From an uncultured Erysipelotrichaceae bacterium (GTDB taxonomy: Bacteria > Bacillota_I > Bacilli_A > Erysipelotrichales > Erysipelotrichaceae), in assembly GCA_964386325.1 (NCBI GenBank), contig CAYLQY010000015.1:3361-67360 (forward strand): a stretch of 64,000 nucleotides of DNA, written 5' to 3'. Under the pieces are notes generated by a model that was given only the letters and a program-made list of their open reading frames with translations, did not search any database and was not told the DNA's origin. Position 1 is the stretch's first letter, and every line of letters begins with the position of its first letter. A program made the translations under genes and the position numbers. Below are positions 10,287-23,100 of the stretch, piece after piece.

Positions 10287-10655
10287 CTACAATACTTCCG
10301 GTGCTAGAGACACAATTTTCATATAGTCTCTTTCACGAAGTTCTCTAGCCACAGGACCGAAAATACGAGTTCCTTTTGGCGTTTTATCATCTTTAATGAT
10401 AACTGCTGCATTATCATCAAATTTAATGTATGAACCATTTTCACGGCGAACGCCATAAACTGTTCTTACGATTACAGCTTTGACAACTTCACCTTTCTTC
10501 ACTGTTCCACCTGGAGCAGCTGCTTTTACCGCACAAACAACGACATCGCCAATGTTTGCACTCTTACGAACGCTTCCGCCTAAGCAACGGATAACTAATA
10601 ATTCTTTAGCACCGGTGTTATCAGCGACGTTTAATCTGCTTTCATTTTGAATCAT
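10287..10655 (-). CDS. rplN: 50S ribosomal protein L14
   Basis: 122 aa, starts [18 protein letters not shown]. Confidence 0.95.
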   Translation of the reverse strand: MIQNESRLNVADNTGAKELLVIRCLGGSVRKSANIGDVVVCAVKAAAPGGTVKKGEVVKAVIVRTVYGVRRENGSYIKFDDNAAVIIKDDKTPKGTRIFGPVARELRERDYMKIVSLAPEVL

Positions 10656-10676
10656 CTTTCATCTTCCTCCTTGTGC

Positions 10677-10937
10677 TTAAAGAATTACAGCTTTTTCAAC
10701 GATTTTAATAAGACGGAAGTGTTTATCAGCTGAAAGTGGACGAGTCTCCATGATTTCAACGATATCACCTGTTTTTGCCTCATTATTTTCATCGTGAGCT
10801 TTGAATTTCTTAGAATACTTAACGCGTTTAGAATAAAGGTCATGACTTTTATTTGTAGAAACTTCAACAGTAATTGTCTTGTTCATTTTGTCCGATACTA
10901 CTTTACCGCGTAATACTTTACGTTTAGATCTTTCCAT
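10677..10937 (-). CDS. rpsQ: 30S ribosomal protein S17
   Basis: 86 aa, S17 OB-fold sequence. Operon position matches. Confidence 0.95.
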   Translation of the reverse strand: MERSKRKVLRGKVVSDKMNKTITVEVSTNKSHDLYSKRVKYSKKFKAHDENNEAKTGDIVEIMETRPLSADKHFRLIKIVEKAVIL

Positions 10938-10950
10938 TACTCAGACCCTC

Positions 10951-11151
10951 CTACTTCGCATCACTAAGCGTACGCTCAGTTATGATTGTTTTAATACGAG
11001 CAATTGTCTTCTTGATATCTCTCATACGAGTTGGATTTTCAAGTTGACCTGTCGCTTGTTGAAAGCGTAAGTTGAATAGTTCTTCTTTTAAAGATTCAAT
11101 ATCTTTTAGTAATTCTTCATTACTTTTTTCACGAATTTCTTTAACGTTCAT
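10951..11151 (-). CDS. rpmC: 50S ribosomal protein L29
   Basis: 66 aa, [19 protein letters not shown] motif. Confidence 0.95.
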   Translation of the reverse strand: MNVKEIREKSNEELLKDIESLKEELFNLRFQQATGQLENPTRMRDIKKTIARIKTIITERTLSDAK

Positions 11152-11571
11152 CTATTTCTCCTCCTCACCTTTCTTAACGAATCTTGTTTTAACAGGTAGC
11201 TTGTGAGATGCAAGACGCAATGCTTCACGAGCTATTTCTTCTGATACACCAGCGATTTCGAATAAGATTCTTCCTGGTTGAACAACGGCAACCCAACCTT
11301 CAGGTGCCCCTTTCCCAGATCCCATACGAACTTCGAGTGGTTTCTTTGTGATAGCTAAGTGAGGAAATATTTTAATCCAAACTTTACCACCACGGTTCAT
11401 ATAACGAGTCATCGCAATACGAGCCGCTTCGATTTGGCGGTTAGAAACATAAGCTCCTTCTTCCGCAACTAATCCATATTCACCAAACGCAACTTGACGT
11501 CCAGCTTTTGAACGACCTTCATAGCTAATTCTATGAGGACGTCTGTATTTTGTTCTATTAGGCATTAACAT
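11152..11571 (-). CDS. rplP: 50S ribosomal protein L16
   Basis: 139 aa, starts [11 protein letters not shown]. Confidence 0.95.
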   Translation of the reverse strand: MLMPNRTKYRRPHRISYEGRSKAGRQVAFGEYGLVAEEGAYVSNRQIEAARIAMTRYMNRGGKVWIKIFPHLAITKKPLEVRMGSGKGAPEGWVAVVQPGRILFEIAGVSEEIAREALRLASHKLPVKTRFVKKGEEEK

Positions 11572-11573
11572 AA

Positions 11574-12365
11574 TTAATTACCTCCTTCTGTAGCACCTTT
11601 AGCAGCTGGAGCAGATGTTCTTGCATCAGCATTTCTAGGAGCACGACGATCATTGCGATCGTTGCGAGGACGACGTGGTCCACGACCTTGAGGTGTTTTT
11701 GGAGCTTCAGGTTCTTTAACCATTTGTCCAGGTAATACTTCACCACGACAGATCCAAACCTTAACACCTAATTTACCATAAGTTGTATTTGCTTCATACC
11801 AACAGTAGTCGATGTCTGAACGCAATGTATGTAGAGGTACAACTCCTTCAGAGTAACCTTCACCACGAGCGATATCAGCACCACCAAGTCTTCCAGATAC
11901 TAAAGTTTTAATTCCTTTAGCTCCTGAACGCATTGTTTGTTGGATAGCTTTCTTTTGTGTTGTTCTAAATGATTGACGACCTTCAAGTTGTTCAGCAATC
12001 TTACGAGCAACTAGATAAGCATCTAAATCTGGATTAGCAACTTCGATAACATCGATTTTAATATCCTTACCACCAGTAAGTTTTGATAGTTTTTTCTTTA
12101 AAGACTCCATCTTGTCTTCATCTTTTTCATTTTTCCCTACAAGAACACCTGGACGAGCAGCACGAAGAATAAGTTTAACTTCGTTTGAAGTACGTTCAAT
12201 TTCAATTCTTGAAACATAAGCGTTATGTAGTTCTTTACTTAAGAATTCACGGATTTTAACATCTTCCATTAATAGGTTTCCGTATTCTTTTTCTGCGTAC
12301 CATCTTGAATCCCAATCACGGATGATTCCGACACGCATTCCAATAGGACTAACTTTTTGACCCAT
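11574..12365 (-). CDS. rpsC: 30S ribosomal protein S3 with an Arg/Pro-rich C-terminal extension of about 45 aa
   Basis: 263 aa. KH and S3-C domains, then the tail [42 protein letters not shown]. Confidence 0.95.
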   Translation of the reverse strand: MGQKVSPIGMRVGIIRDWDSRWYAEKEYGNLLMEDVKIREFLSKELHNAYVSRIEIERTSNEVKLILRAARPGVLVGKNEKDEDKMESLKKKLSKLTGGKDIKIDVIEVANPDLDAYLVARKIAEQLEGRQSFRTTQKKAIQQTMRSGAKGIKTLVSGRLGGADIARGEGYSEGVVPLHTLRSDIDYCWYEANTTYGKLGVKVWICRGEVLPGQMVKEPEAPKTPQGRGPRRPRNDRNDRRAPRNADARTSAPAAKGATEGGN

Positions 12366-12379
12366 ATCTGAACCCCTTC

Positions 12380-12712
12380 CTAGCGCTCATCAACCACAAC
12401 TGTAATGTGGCTAGTGCGTTTTAAAATTTGATGCGCATTACCTTTTGCCGCTGGCATGAATCTCTTCATTGTGATTCCTTCATTGGCATAGCATGCTTTT
12501 ACATATAACTTACTTTCGTCAAGTTTATGATTATTTGTAGCATTTGCTACTGCTGACTTAAGTACTTTTCCTACTTCTACAGCAGCGTGATTAGGTGTGA
12601 ACTTAAGGATTGCAGCTGCTTCTGCAGCATCCTTCCCTCTTACTAGATCAAGCACTAATCTCACTTTGCGAGGAGCGATACGTACTGTCTTTGCTATTGC
12701 TTTAACTTCCAT
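12380..12712 (-). CDS. rplV: 50S ribosomal protein L22
   Basis: 110 aa, L22 family. Operon position matches. Confidence 0.95.
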   Translation of the reverse strand: MEVKAIAKTVRIAPRKVRLVLDLVRGKDAAEAAAILKFTPNHAAVEVGKVLKSAVANATNNHKLDESKLYVKACYANEGITMKRFMPAAKGNAHQILKRTSHITVVVDER

Positions 12713-12725
12713 CTCTCTTTACCTC

Positions 12726-12995
12726 CTACGCTTTCTTATCGTCACCATGCCCGCCATATTTACGAGTAGGTACGAATTCACCAAGTTTATGTCCAACCAT
12801 GTCTTCAGTTACGAATACAGGCACATGTTCTTTACCGTTATGAACTGCAAATGTATGTTCAACGAAACTTGGGAAAATTGTTGAACGACGTGACCATGTT
12901 TTAATAACTTCTTTTTTACCAGCCGCATTCAATGTTTCAACTTTTTTCATTAAGTGGTCATCACAGAATGGACCCTTTTTTAAACTACGTGTCAT
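12726..12995 (-). CDS. rpsS: 30S ribosomal protein S19
   Basis: 89 aa, starts [10 protein letters not shown]. Confidence 0.95.
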   Translation of the reverse strand: MTRSLKKGPFCDDHLMKKVETLNAAGKKEVIKTWSRRSTIFPSFVEHTFAVHNGKEHVPVFVTEDMVGHKLGEFVPTRKYGGHGDDKKA

Positions 12996-13015
12996 TTACT
13001 TTTCCTTCCTTTCGT

Positions 13016-13849
13016 TTATTTGCCCTTACGGCCTCTTACAATTAATTTACTGCTTTGGTTTTTCTTCTTACGAGTTTTAACACCCATAGCTTTCTTACCC
13101 CAAGGAGTCATAGGAGATTTACGTCCGATAGGCGTTTTACCTTCCCCACCACCATGAGGGTGATCGTTAGGGTTCATTACTGAACCACGAACTGTAGGAC
13201 GGATACCCATCCAACGAGAACGACCAGCTTTACCAATATTTACTAAGCTGTAATCTTCGTTACCTACTGAACCAACAGTAGCACGACAGTTAGCAAGAAT
13301 TTTTCTTACTTCCCCTGATGATAGACGTACTGTTACATAACGGTCTTCAATACCAAGGATTTGAGCTGAACATCCAGCACTACGTGCAAGTTGTCCACCT
13401 TTACCAGGTTTTAACTCAACGTTATGAACAACAGTACCTTCAGGCATGTTTCTCATTTCTAATGAGTTTCCTACTTTAATATCAGCTTCTGCTCCAGAAA
13501 CAATTGTTTGACCAACTGTTAAACCTTTAGGAGCGATGATATATCTTTTTTCTCCATCAGCATAATTTAATAATGCGATGTTTGCAGATCTATTTGGATC
13601 ATATTCGATTGTCGCAACTGTAGCAGGAATATTGTCCTTATTACGTTTGAAATCGATGATACGATATTGACGTTTATGTCCTCCACCTTGATGGCGAGTT
13701 GTAATACGTCCTGTGTTATTACGTCCACCCTTTGAGCTTAGTGCAACTAATAATGAGCGTTCTGGTGTAGAAGTTGTAATCTCATCATTAAGTAATGTAC
13801 TCATGCCACGACGGCCAGGGGTCGTTGGTTTATACTTTTTAATTGCCAT
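13016..13849 (-). CDS. rplB: 50S ribosomal protein L2
   Basis: 277 aa, [16 protein letters not shown] motif. Confidence 0.95.
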   Translation of the reverse strand: MAIKKYKPTTPGRRGMSTLLNDEITTSTPERSLLVALSSKGGRNNTGRITTRHQGGGHKRQYRIIDFKRNKDNIPATVATIEYDPNRSANIALLNYADGEKRYIIAPKGLTVGQTIVSGAEADIKVGNSLEMRNMPEGTVVHNVELKPGKGGQLARSAGCSAQILGIEDRYVTVRLSSGEVRKILANCRATVGSVGNEDYSLVNIGKAGRSRWMGIRPTVRGSVMNPNDHPHGGGEGKTPIGRKSPMTPWGKKAMGVKTRKKKNQSSKLIVRGRKGK

Positions 13850-13912
13850 TATTCATGGTCCTCCTTACGCATGTTATCCGGAAATAGCGTACTTCTTCCG
13901 TTATATTTTTAA

Positions 13913-14200
13913 TTAATCTTTAAATAAGTTAATGTCTTGTCCTTCAGGTAGTTTAACAATTGCTTTTCTGATAGCACTTGTTGTACCACTGTATTTACCT
14001 ACACGTTTTGCTTTTGGACGACAGTTTAAAATATTTACTTTTTCAACTTTTACATTGAAAACTTCTTCAACAGCTTGACGAACTTCAGTTTTATTAGATC
14101 CTCTAGCAACTTCAAATGTGATTTTGTTGTCGCTATCCATCATCTTCATTGTTTTTTCAGTGATGATTGGGCGGATAAGAATATCTCTAGCTTTACTCAT
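13913..14200 (-). CDS. rplW: 50S ribosomal protein L23
   Basis: 95 aa, L23 family. Operon position matches. Confidence 0.95.
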   Translation of the reverse strand: MSKARDILIRPIITEKTMKMMDSDNKITFEVARGSNKTEVRQAVEEVFNVKVEKVNILNCRPKAKRVGKYSGTTSAIRKAIVKLPEGQDINLFKD

Positions 14201-14829
14201 TATGCAAGAACCTCCCCTGCTTTATTAGCAGCAGCTTCAGTAAGTACGATTTGATCAGCATTAGCGATATCGTAAACATTTAAACCTTCAACTGTTAACA
14301 TCATTGCATTTGGAATGTTTCTCATTGATAAGAAAGCATTGTCAAATTCTTCAGTGATATCAACAACGAATAATGTTTTACGTTCGAAGTTGAATGATTT
14401 CATCATTTCTACGAAGCTTTTAGTTTTGATTGCATCGAACTTGATTGAATCAAGAACTTTACAACTATTTGAAGCCACTTTGCTACTTAATACTGATTTA
14501 AGAGCTAAACGACGAACCTTACGATTCAATTTGTAAGCATAGCTTCTTGGAGTAGGACCGAAAGCAATTCCTCCGCCTCTCCATTGAACAGCACGGATTG
14601 ACCCTTGACGAGCGCGTCCAGTACCTTTTTGTCTAAATGGTTTTCTACCACCACCAGCAACTTCACGACGTGTTTTTGTCTTGTGAGTTCCTTGGCGCTT
14701 GCTAGCTTGTTGCATTACGATTGCATCAAACATAGCTTGTTGATTCGGTTCAATGCCAAATACTGCATCGGCCAAATCGATTTGTTTTACGACTTTAGCT
14801 TCTTGGCTATATACATCTACCTTTGGCAT
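14200..14829 (-). CDS. rplD: 50S ribosomal protein L4
   Basis: 209 aa, L4 family (RQKGTGRARQGSIRA). Confidence 0.95.
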   Translation of the reverse strand: MPKVDVYSQEAKVVKQIDLADAVFGIEPNQQAMFDAIVMQQASKRQGTHKTKTRREVAGGGRKPFRQKGTGRARQGSIRAVQWRGGGIAFGPTPRSYAYKLNRKVRRLALKSVLSSKVASNSCKVLDSIKFDAIKTKSFVEMMKSFNFERKTLFVVDITEEFDNAFLSMRNIPNAMMLTVEGLNVYDIANADQIVLTEAAANKAGEVLA

Positions 14830-14832
14830 GTC

Positions 14833-15534
14833 TTATTCCTCCTCTGTTACAACAGCTTCTGTTGCATAATTTACTAATTCTTTAGCAGCAGTGTTTTTAA
14901 CAGCCTTAACTGTTGTTTTAACGATAACTAAACCTCTCTTAGGTCCAGGTACGTTTCCTTTTATTAACATGTAGTTATTTTCTACATCAACTTTTACGAT
15001 TTCTAAATTTTGATTTGTTGTTACATAGCCACCAGTTTGTCCAGCCATCATAGTACCTTTATCGATACCACCTTTTCTAGAAGTAATCCCTGTTGTAGCT
15101 AATGAACCGATATGTCTGTGATGTCCTGAACCGTGAGATTTAGGTCCGATCTTTGCGTTATTTCTAACAATTGTACCGTTATACCCTCTACCTTTACTGA
15201 TTCCTGTTACATCGACAATATCACCAGCGGAAAAGATATCAACTTTTACATCGCCACCTACTTCTAAGTTAAGCATTTCATCTGCGCGAAGTTCGCGAGC
15301 GAAACGTTTAGGAGTAGTGTTTGCTTTTGCTGCATGACCCTTGTTAGCCTTAGTAGCTCTTGATTCTTTGATGTCTTCAAAGCCTAATTGAACTGCTTCA
15401 TAGCCATCATTCTCATTTGTTTTCTTTTGCATAACTACGTTTGGTGTTGCTTCTACAACAGTAACTGGAATTAATGTACCATCTGTCGCAAACACTTGAG
15501 TCATACCAAGTTTACGTCCTAATATACCTTTCAT
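14833..15534 (-). CDS. rplC: 50S ribosomal protein L3
   Basis: 233 aa, starts [15 protein letters not shown]. Confidence 0.95.
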   Translation of the reverse strand: MKGILGRKLGMTQVFATDGTLIPVTVVEATPNVVMQKKTNENDGYEAVQLGFEDIKESRATKANKGHAAKANTTPKRFARELRADEMLNLEVGGDVKVDIFSAGDIVDVTGISKGRGYNGTIVRNNAKIGPKSHGSGHHRHIGSLATTGITSRKGGIDKGTMMAGQTGGYVTTNQNLEIVKVDVENNYMLIKGNVPGPKRGLVIVKTTVKAVKNTAAKELVNYATEAVVTEEE

Positions 15535-15552
15535 GATGTTCCCTCAAACTTT

Positions 15553-15864
15553 CTACAGTTTGATTTCGATATCGACACCACTTGGCAAATCTAAACGACT
15601 TAATGCGTCGATAGTCTCTGCGCTTGGTCCGATGATCTCAATCAAACGTTTATGTGTTCTAATTTCGAATTGTTCACGTGCATCTTTATACTTGTGAACC
15701 GCACGAAGAACTGTTACCACTTGTTTTTCAGTTGGTAGTGGAACTGGACCAACAACTTTTTTAGCACCGTGACTAGTTGCAGTTGAAACAATTTTTTCAC
15801 TTGCTTGATCTAGACTTCTGTGCTCGTAAGCTTTCAAACGAATTCTTACTGAATTTTTTGCCAT
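15553..15864 (-). CDS. rpsJ: 30S ribosomal protein S10
   Basis: 103 aa, S10 family. First gene of the S10 operon. Confidence 0.95.
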   Translation of the reverse strand: MAKNSVRIRLKAYEHRSLDQASEKIVSTATSHGAKKVVGPVPLPTEKQVVTVLRAVHKYKDAREQFEIRTHKRLIEIIGPSAETIDALSRLDLPSGVDIEIKL

Positions 15865-15983
15865 GAAATTTTCCTCCTTTATTTCACTTATCTTGCGATA
15901 ATCGCTCGGTGTGAATTACCCGGCTTAACGCCTATGACAACGCGTTTCGGCGTGCCGGCAACCTCCCACGTCCATGCGAGTGC
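15865..15983 (-). promoter_or_regulatory. Structured, locally GC-rich 5' leader of the S10 operon (candidate autoregulatory RNA)
   Basis: About 118 nt between the predicted TSS and the rpsJ ATG. Contains the helix CCGGCACGCC...GGCGU-uaa-GCCGG and a small GCGA-uua-UCGC hairpin. GC content is far above the surrounding intergenic DNA. Confidence 0.4.
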
Positions 15984-15989
15984 TTTTAT

Positions 15990-16018
15990 ATATTATCACT
16001 TACAAAAGCCCATTGCAA
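15990..16018 (-). promoter_or_regulatory. S10 operon promoter
   Basis: Minus strand reads TTGCAA - 17 nt - (TGa)TAATAT, an extended -10. Confidence 0.55.
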
Positions 16019-16178
16019 CAGTTTTTTTTCTATTTTTGCAACTTTCTAAAAAACAAAAAATTTGGAACAATTTGCCCCAAATTCTTATCTATTGTATCCA
16101 AATATTTTCATCAATTCCCAAAATTTATTGAAATTTCGCATTCTTACATTATTTGCCTTATATATAAGGAAAGAGAAT

Positions 16179-17063
16179 TTACCTTGGTTTTCTTACTTTT
16201 ATGATATCATCTGCCGCTAATTCACCAATTAATAATGACGATTTAGGGTTATGTAGACGCTTATTTGCATTTACTTTTGCCTCATCATAGTTCGCATAAC
16301 AATACCTACAGAAGTGACTACAACAGTTATAATAACCAATATCTACCATCTCTACACACCCACAATCGCGTGCTTGCCACTTTCTGAAACGTGTTTTTCC
16401 TGTTAATTTCTGTGCTAATTCCTTACCCACACATACATCTCTACTAAACCCTTCGGCTGTTAAATCAATATTTTCATAACATGTTTGAATAGTAAATCCA
16501 TGTTGATGAGCACTTTCAGCCAACCGTTTTGCTAGTTTCCTTTTATCTTCATCACTCAGTTCAATCAATTTTAATAAACCACTATGTTTATTCACGTTTT
16601 TGTATTCATCCACAAATGAAACAATAATACGATTACAGAAACCCTCTAATAAAGCACATAACTTTTCAAATGCTCTACTGTGATAATCCACCGTATACTT
16701 ATCATTAATAAGAATAGGATCATAGCGTAAGTCAATATTCTCTTTTCCAATCTTCTTGCTTAATTCTTGAATTGTTTCAATAATTTCTTTTTTATTCGGA
16801 ACATTGGGTTCTATATCTATTTGATACCCCGTTAGTGTAACCTGCACATTTACCGGTTTCTCTATATCATCGATATATCCCAATAACGGTTTAGGATTCT
16901 TCGTACAGAAAACAATTGCGTCAATATCATCCATATACAAACGGCTCACTTGTTTAGGATAAAAAGGATTTCTAATATCGATATAACCTTCCTTATATCG
17001 GTTCATAAACCACTCACTATAAAATGCCACTATATCTGTACGACCACTTACATTTATAATCAT
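16179..17063 (-). CDS. DUF1848 family protein (C-terminal Cys cluster)
   Basis: 294 aa. N-terminus MIINVSGRTDIVAFYSEWFMNRYKEGY and C-terminal CGCVEMVDIGYYNCCSHFCRYCYAN are as I recall for DUF1848. Family assignment is from memory. Confidence 0.6.
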   Translation of the reverse strand: MIINVSGRTDIVAFYSEWFMNRYKEGYIDIRNPFYPKQVSRLYMDDIDAIVFCTKNPKPLLGYIDDIEKPVNVQVTLTGYQIDIEPNVPNKKEIIETIQELSKKIGKENIDLRYDPILINDKYTVDYHSRAFEKLCALLEGFCNRIIVSFVDEYKNVNKHSGLLKLIELSDEDKRKLAKRLAESAHQHGFTIQTCYENIDLTAEGFSRDVCVGKELAQKLTGKTRFRKWQARDCGCVEMVDIGYYNCCSHFCRYCYANYDEAKVNANKRLHNPKSSLLIGELAADDIIKVRKPR

Positions 17064-17097
17064 ATCATCACCATTTTTATTGTATCATCCTAGTCAA

Positions 17098-17128
17098 ATA
17101 GAAAAGCAGTGATTCGTCACTACTTTTC
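17098..17128 (-). terminator. Intrinsic terminator of the giant surface protein gene (overlaps its stop codon)
   Basis: Minus strand reads AAAAGUAGUGA-CGAA-UCACUGCUUUU, 11 bp with one G-U pair, followed by U-rich sequence. Confidence 0.6.
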
Positions 17129-20100
17129 ATCATCTTTCTTAATCAACATAATAATTACTATTCCCGCGATTACTACAACAATAATAATCCACCAATAATT
17201 CTCATCTTTAACTTTTTTAGGAAAGTTTTGTTTGCGATATATTTTAACCACAAACCCATCCACAATGATATCCTCAGTAATCCCAGGAATCGTTGTAGGT
17301 TGTATTGGTCTATTTTGATTACTTCCATCTCCTAGACCACCATTGACAGGTCTTTGAATTATCGGTGGAGTTGGTATTCCATTATTTGGCGGCACTGTCG
17401 GTAACGGTGATGGCGACGGTGTTGGTGTTGGTGGATTTTGATCAATAACTTGGACGACTGTGCTGGCAGTAATTATTTTGTTAAGTGGTACAAATTCATA
17501 GCTAAACTCAATAGTGTACCTTCCTTCACGATTTGGATTATAATCCATCGCATTGACTTGAATATCATTTTTGTCTAATTCAATTCTTTGCCCCGCATAA
17601 TTTACATAACTAACTTTCGCATCTAACATTTGCAATAAGTTAGCTAGTGATGTCTTTAGTCCCACTTGTTCCACTGCAGTATACCCAATAACAGGTAGTT
17701 CATTAACTCGCACTTGGAAAATCGCTGTACTATTATTTCCAACAGTATCCTCGTAACTTACCGTTACATCATAGACACCTCTTTCCGTTACCACCGATCC
17801 ATCAACTGGAATTGTTTGAATAAATTTCGCATTCGCTAAATTTGCTTGTACACCATCATTTGTTTTGATTTGCAATTTACTATTACCAATTAAATCTAGA
17901 TTTTCACCCACAAACAACGTATAAGAATCAACTGTAATACTTGGCTTAGGAATAACAATTACATTTACTTTTTGTTCCGTTGTTCTTGATTCTCCACTTT
18001 TAAGTGTATATGTTGCACGTATTACTGCTTCACCACCAGCAAGCGGATCAACATCTGTAAAGTCAACTATATAACTTGCATCAGCACTTGTTCCATCTCC
18101 TAGTGTAACTGTTGCAGAAATATCCATCAGCTTTTCCATATTTGCTTCAGTTTCATTTTCTTTTACAGTTATCTCTGCTGATGTATTAATTTCTGGTTTG
18201 GTAATAAAATTATATTTCTTTAAATAGGTAGTTTCATTATCTGGTGCACCACTTATGTTATCTTTCGCAGTAAATTGAATTTCAACAATACTATAATCTT
18301 TTACCTCCAATGTACTACTTGGGTAATCATAAATAATTCCTAGCGATTTATCTACAAGATTATTCGTATTATCCACATATTCAAATCCTGCTGTCACTTG
18401 ATTTAAATCTATTTTTTGATCAACAAAATAATCATAGATACCATCATCACTAATCCAAACGATACCTTGAACACGCAATGTTTGTTGAACTGAAGCATTC
18501 GCTCGTAATTCATTACTATCTGGTAAATATTCATAAGTTTGAGGTGTGCTGAATAGAACATATTGCACATCCGGATTATCCAAAGATATTTCATCTGCAT
18601 ATACTGGATATATGACTTCATCACCATTTGATTCAGTATATTTTGCATATGCACTTGGATTGTATAATCCACCATCTACTTGACGTAATTGAACAACTTG
18701 TACAAACGCTTGTTGTCCTTGTTCATCATTGACAAATTCAATCGGCGTTGCAACTTCAAACATCTTAATTTCACGCGAAACATTTTTATTAACATCTTCC
18801 GCAAGATAAGTTACCTCAATAATTCCACGGTGTTTCAACGCATCAATCACTTGACTCTCCGCATTCGCATTAGATAAATCAATTACTGTATCCGTTGTTT
18901 CTATAAATATTTTTTCAATATCCAAACTAACTTGTGGTTCTACTGATGCATATTCCATTATTTTTTTATAGATGTCGCTTGCTTTAAAATCACTACCACC
19001 ACTTGGAACTACTTCTGTATTTCCATCTAACATTAAAATTGGATCTGTAGTAAGTCGGTATGTAATTGGATAGTTAATTGTAATTACCGGTGCATTTGCA
19101 CTGTTATCAAATACATGCACAAAAATATTAATTGCCTTTGTCTTTGTTGAATAACCACTTTGTATATCCGTTACCTCACATGGAATAACAATTGTATTTG
19201 ATGTTTGTCCCGATGGCAGTTCAGTAAAATCAATTTCATTAAACGGCACATCACCCACATAAGTAATATCATCAGGAACTAAATCTTTAATTTCCGGTAT
19301 ATTATTTTGTCCTAGTATTTCAACGGTCGCATAAAATCCTCGGATGGTATTCGCATCCAAAAATTCTTTTAGACTTGAATAATTTTTGACCGCACTCGTT
19401 GATGAGTAATCAAGTGTACCATCTCTTACTAAAATATTCCCTCTTACACGCAATTCCCTTTTTAATTCCGTTACTCCACCGTATGGATTTTCAAGATAAT
19501 AACTAATCTCATATACACCTACTTTTAAGATATCTTCGGATGGTTTAAAAGTAATATTAAAACTATCTTTAATACCTGTAACAATCGCAACACCTTGATT
19601 CGCTACATTCCCTAATGGAATTGATTCCATTCGATTCGTCGTAGTTTCATTGATAACTTTTTCGTATACAGGATGTAATCCCGAAAAATAAAGAGCCTCT
19701 TCATTGCTACGTTTCCTAAGTGGAAGATTTGTCAAATTTACTGGTGTACCATTCTTATCTACAAAATATGGTAAACCGTGAACTTTGACAATTAAATCAA
19801 CACTTGTCGTATTGCCATCACTATCCGTTATGGCATAAGTGACTTTATAATAACCAACTTTGTTTAAATCTAAATTAGATGTTACACGTACATCACTATA
19901 ACTCAACGTATCATAATCATCGGTTATTGGTTTTAACATTGCTGCAGCTGAAATATCGAGTGAATCACCTACTGATACATTAACTTCATTTTCATTTAAT
20001 TCTAATACTGGCGCATTATTTCCAAGCACCGTTATTGTAATTGGATCAAATGTTCGAGTATCACCATAAATATCACGAATTGTTAGCTCAATATCTATTG

Positions 20101-23100
20101 GTGTTTGAGTTATCTTTTTGCCAAACACATTCAATGTATTTGTTTTACTACTCAATAACGTCACATAGTTATTATCTAGTGGATTCACTAATTCCCAATT
20201 ATATGCATCTGTTTTCGATAATAATCGACTCATTGATAAATAACTAAATTGTGCTGTCGCACTATAGAGTTTATTCAACTTTACAGATGAAGTGTTAGGC
20301 TGAATTAATGTAATATCATTGATATTATATTTAACATATCCACTGTTCAAACTTTGCGAAGTTGGAATTGTAGGATCAATCCCTTTTATCCATCCTTCAT
20401 TAGAACCCACATAACCAACCTGACTCAAATTTTCATTACTTCCTCCTAAGGATGGTGTAAAGCGATATCCATTTTCTAACTCAAATTTAATTGCATAAAT
20501 TCCTGTAGTAACACCATGCACATCTGAAAATTCATAAATACCATTCGCATCACTTTGAATAATAATTTGATTATTACTAGCGTCCACTACTTCTTCATAG
20601 CCAGAACTCGCTTCATTATATTTCCATAAACTGATACTTTGATTTGGCATCGCAACATCTAAACCATCAAATGTTCCATTGGCATCTAAATCAAGGAATG
20701 TCTTTCCTTTAATTTCACCAATGACAAGTTGAGTACCAATTGGTGTTCCTTTTAATGAACCCTGGAATGTTGAACTCTTTACATAGTAGTATGGATTATA
20801 TTCATTCATCTTTCCAATCTTACCCTCTGCTTGCGCACTTTGTAAGGTCTCATCAATTTGTAAATGAACATTAAACGTCGCCGTAGTTTGACTTGATATT
20901 GGCTTTACTGCAGTTACTCTTACCATCGTCACTTTTGTTAAATCAGTTACATTTGTTGTATAGGTTGCAGTTGCATAATTTTCATCGCGAGCATCCACTG
21001 AATACTCTATTGTAAAGTTATTCGCAGTTTCAAAACCACTGGTTATCGCTTGTGCTAATTTCATATCCCATTGAAATGCTTCACTTTGAAAATTCGCACC
21101 AAAATTAATCCCTGTCTTAGGTATTGGAAAATAAGCCACAAACTCTTCTGCTGCTTCATTGGTATTGTTTGTAAGGAGTAATGAATAATTCGCTTTTGTT
21201 TCTGGTGTAAAGTAAGCAATGGTATTCGGATTACTTGGATCATATGCACCGTTTGGTTCCATGCCTTCAACAGCAATAAAACTTTCTACAAGCACGCTAT
21301 TATTGGATGTTACAGGATATATTACATTACTATTAGCTCCTTGATTTAATGTTTGTAGATACTCCTTAGTATCACCATTCCCATTGACATCATAAATATC
21401 TTGACGCATTCCGGTGTATCCACCAACACTATTATATTGATCTGTTCCTGTCCAATAAAAGAATTGATTAAAATTAATTTCAGCATTTGCATTTGCATTA
21501 ATGAGCACACTAAAATCAAAATCAACTTTCAACGTTTTGATCATTGCGTTTGTATAAAAATAATTACCAATCACAAAATCATTTTGAGTATTGATTACAT
21601 ACACTGTTTTTCCACTATTATCTTTTACTTGATGTTCAGTCCATGACACTTCATTTCCTGATTCATCAAATAATTGCAAGCTAGGCAAATTAATTTGTAT
21701 ACCCTCAGGAACTCTTAAATAAATAATTGGACTGCGCATAAACGTCGTTGAAAGATATTGATACTCTTGAATCGCTAGAGTTGTTTCAAAATGATATGAC
21801 TTCCCTGCTAAAATATTCGATACTACACCAGCTGAACCAGAGATGCTTGTATCACTGGCAAGCCCTACCGTACTTTGTTGATTCGAACCTAACGCTAAAA
21901 TTTCACTTGTCGCAATAACAAGTGTATTCGTCATGTTATTTTCATCATACATTTTGATTGTAACTGTCGCTTTAGGAATACCATTTTTTAAATGTCCATA
22001 TGTTGTAATTCCGGCTTTTGAAAACAATAATCCAATTCCATAGTCTTGTCTAAGTGTGCCAATATTACATTTCAATCCAATAATATATTCTCCCTCAACC
22101 AATCCTAATGTGGATCCACGTATTAACTTAGAAGTTGTAGATACATAATTAATTGTTGGAAAATCATTAACATTCTGGCGATTATACGTACGCCAATATG
22201 GATGTAAATTTGTTTGATAACTTACTGAATTTATATTCGCATCGCCTACCGCATCAAACGGCACTTTGACTTGGGTAACTTGCCAATTAGGATCAATCAC
22301 ATATTCAACAGTTTGATTTTGTAGTGGATGACCTGAAGTATTAGATACTGAAAATGCTCCTGCATAATAATTTCCATCCGTTATTGTAGAATCGAATGTT
22401 TTCATTGTTGCCCCTGCAGAAATTACCGCTTTATTCGCAATCGTATCTGGGTTTATAATCGTAACACTGTATATATTATTTCTTGGATCATTGGCAGATC
22501 TTAATTGTTTCCCATCATAGGTATCATATGTAATATAACTATGATATTGATTACTATATTTTTTGAACTCCATTCCTTCAGGAACTATATATTGAACTGA
22601 TAAAGGATCAGGAATTGTCACATATCCATCGAAATAAACATTAACTTTATGTTCCTCTGGTACATCTTCTATTCGCGCATTACCTGTATATAAATTACCA
22701 TTACGTAATATCGCATCAAAAATCATCCCCTCTGGATAATACAAACTAACAACGGGATCTTTCGGTTTAAATGGACTTCTCAAATTTGCATAATCAACTG
22801 GAAAATATGGATTTGTCCGTCCGTAAGTTGTTTCAGTCGGCGTACTTGGAATCGCTTGCACTGTTCCTGTTCCACCATACACTCGATAACCAAATGGATA
22901 ACCTGAAATTTCAACCAATTTTATTGCATATGTTGATCCTGCAACGATTTCATTATCAACACCCGCCGTAACTTTTGCTTGAATTGCGTCAACTATTTCC
23001 GTACTTCCATAAAAAAGCGTGTAATCACCTTGTATTTTAAAGTTAACTTCGATACTTTGAGTATCCGGTTTAAATTTATAAACTAATGATCCATATGTTT

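Noticed and set aside
15895-15985. GC-rich patch considered as a tRNA, SRP RNA or other stable RNA gene.
   Set aside because: I could not find a cloverleaf or the conserved SRP domain IV sequence. Its position between the promoter and the rpsJ RBS fits a 5' leader instead.
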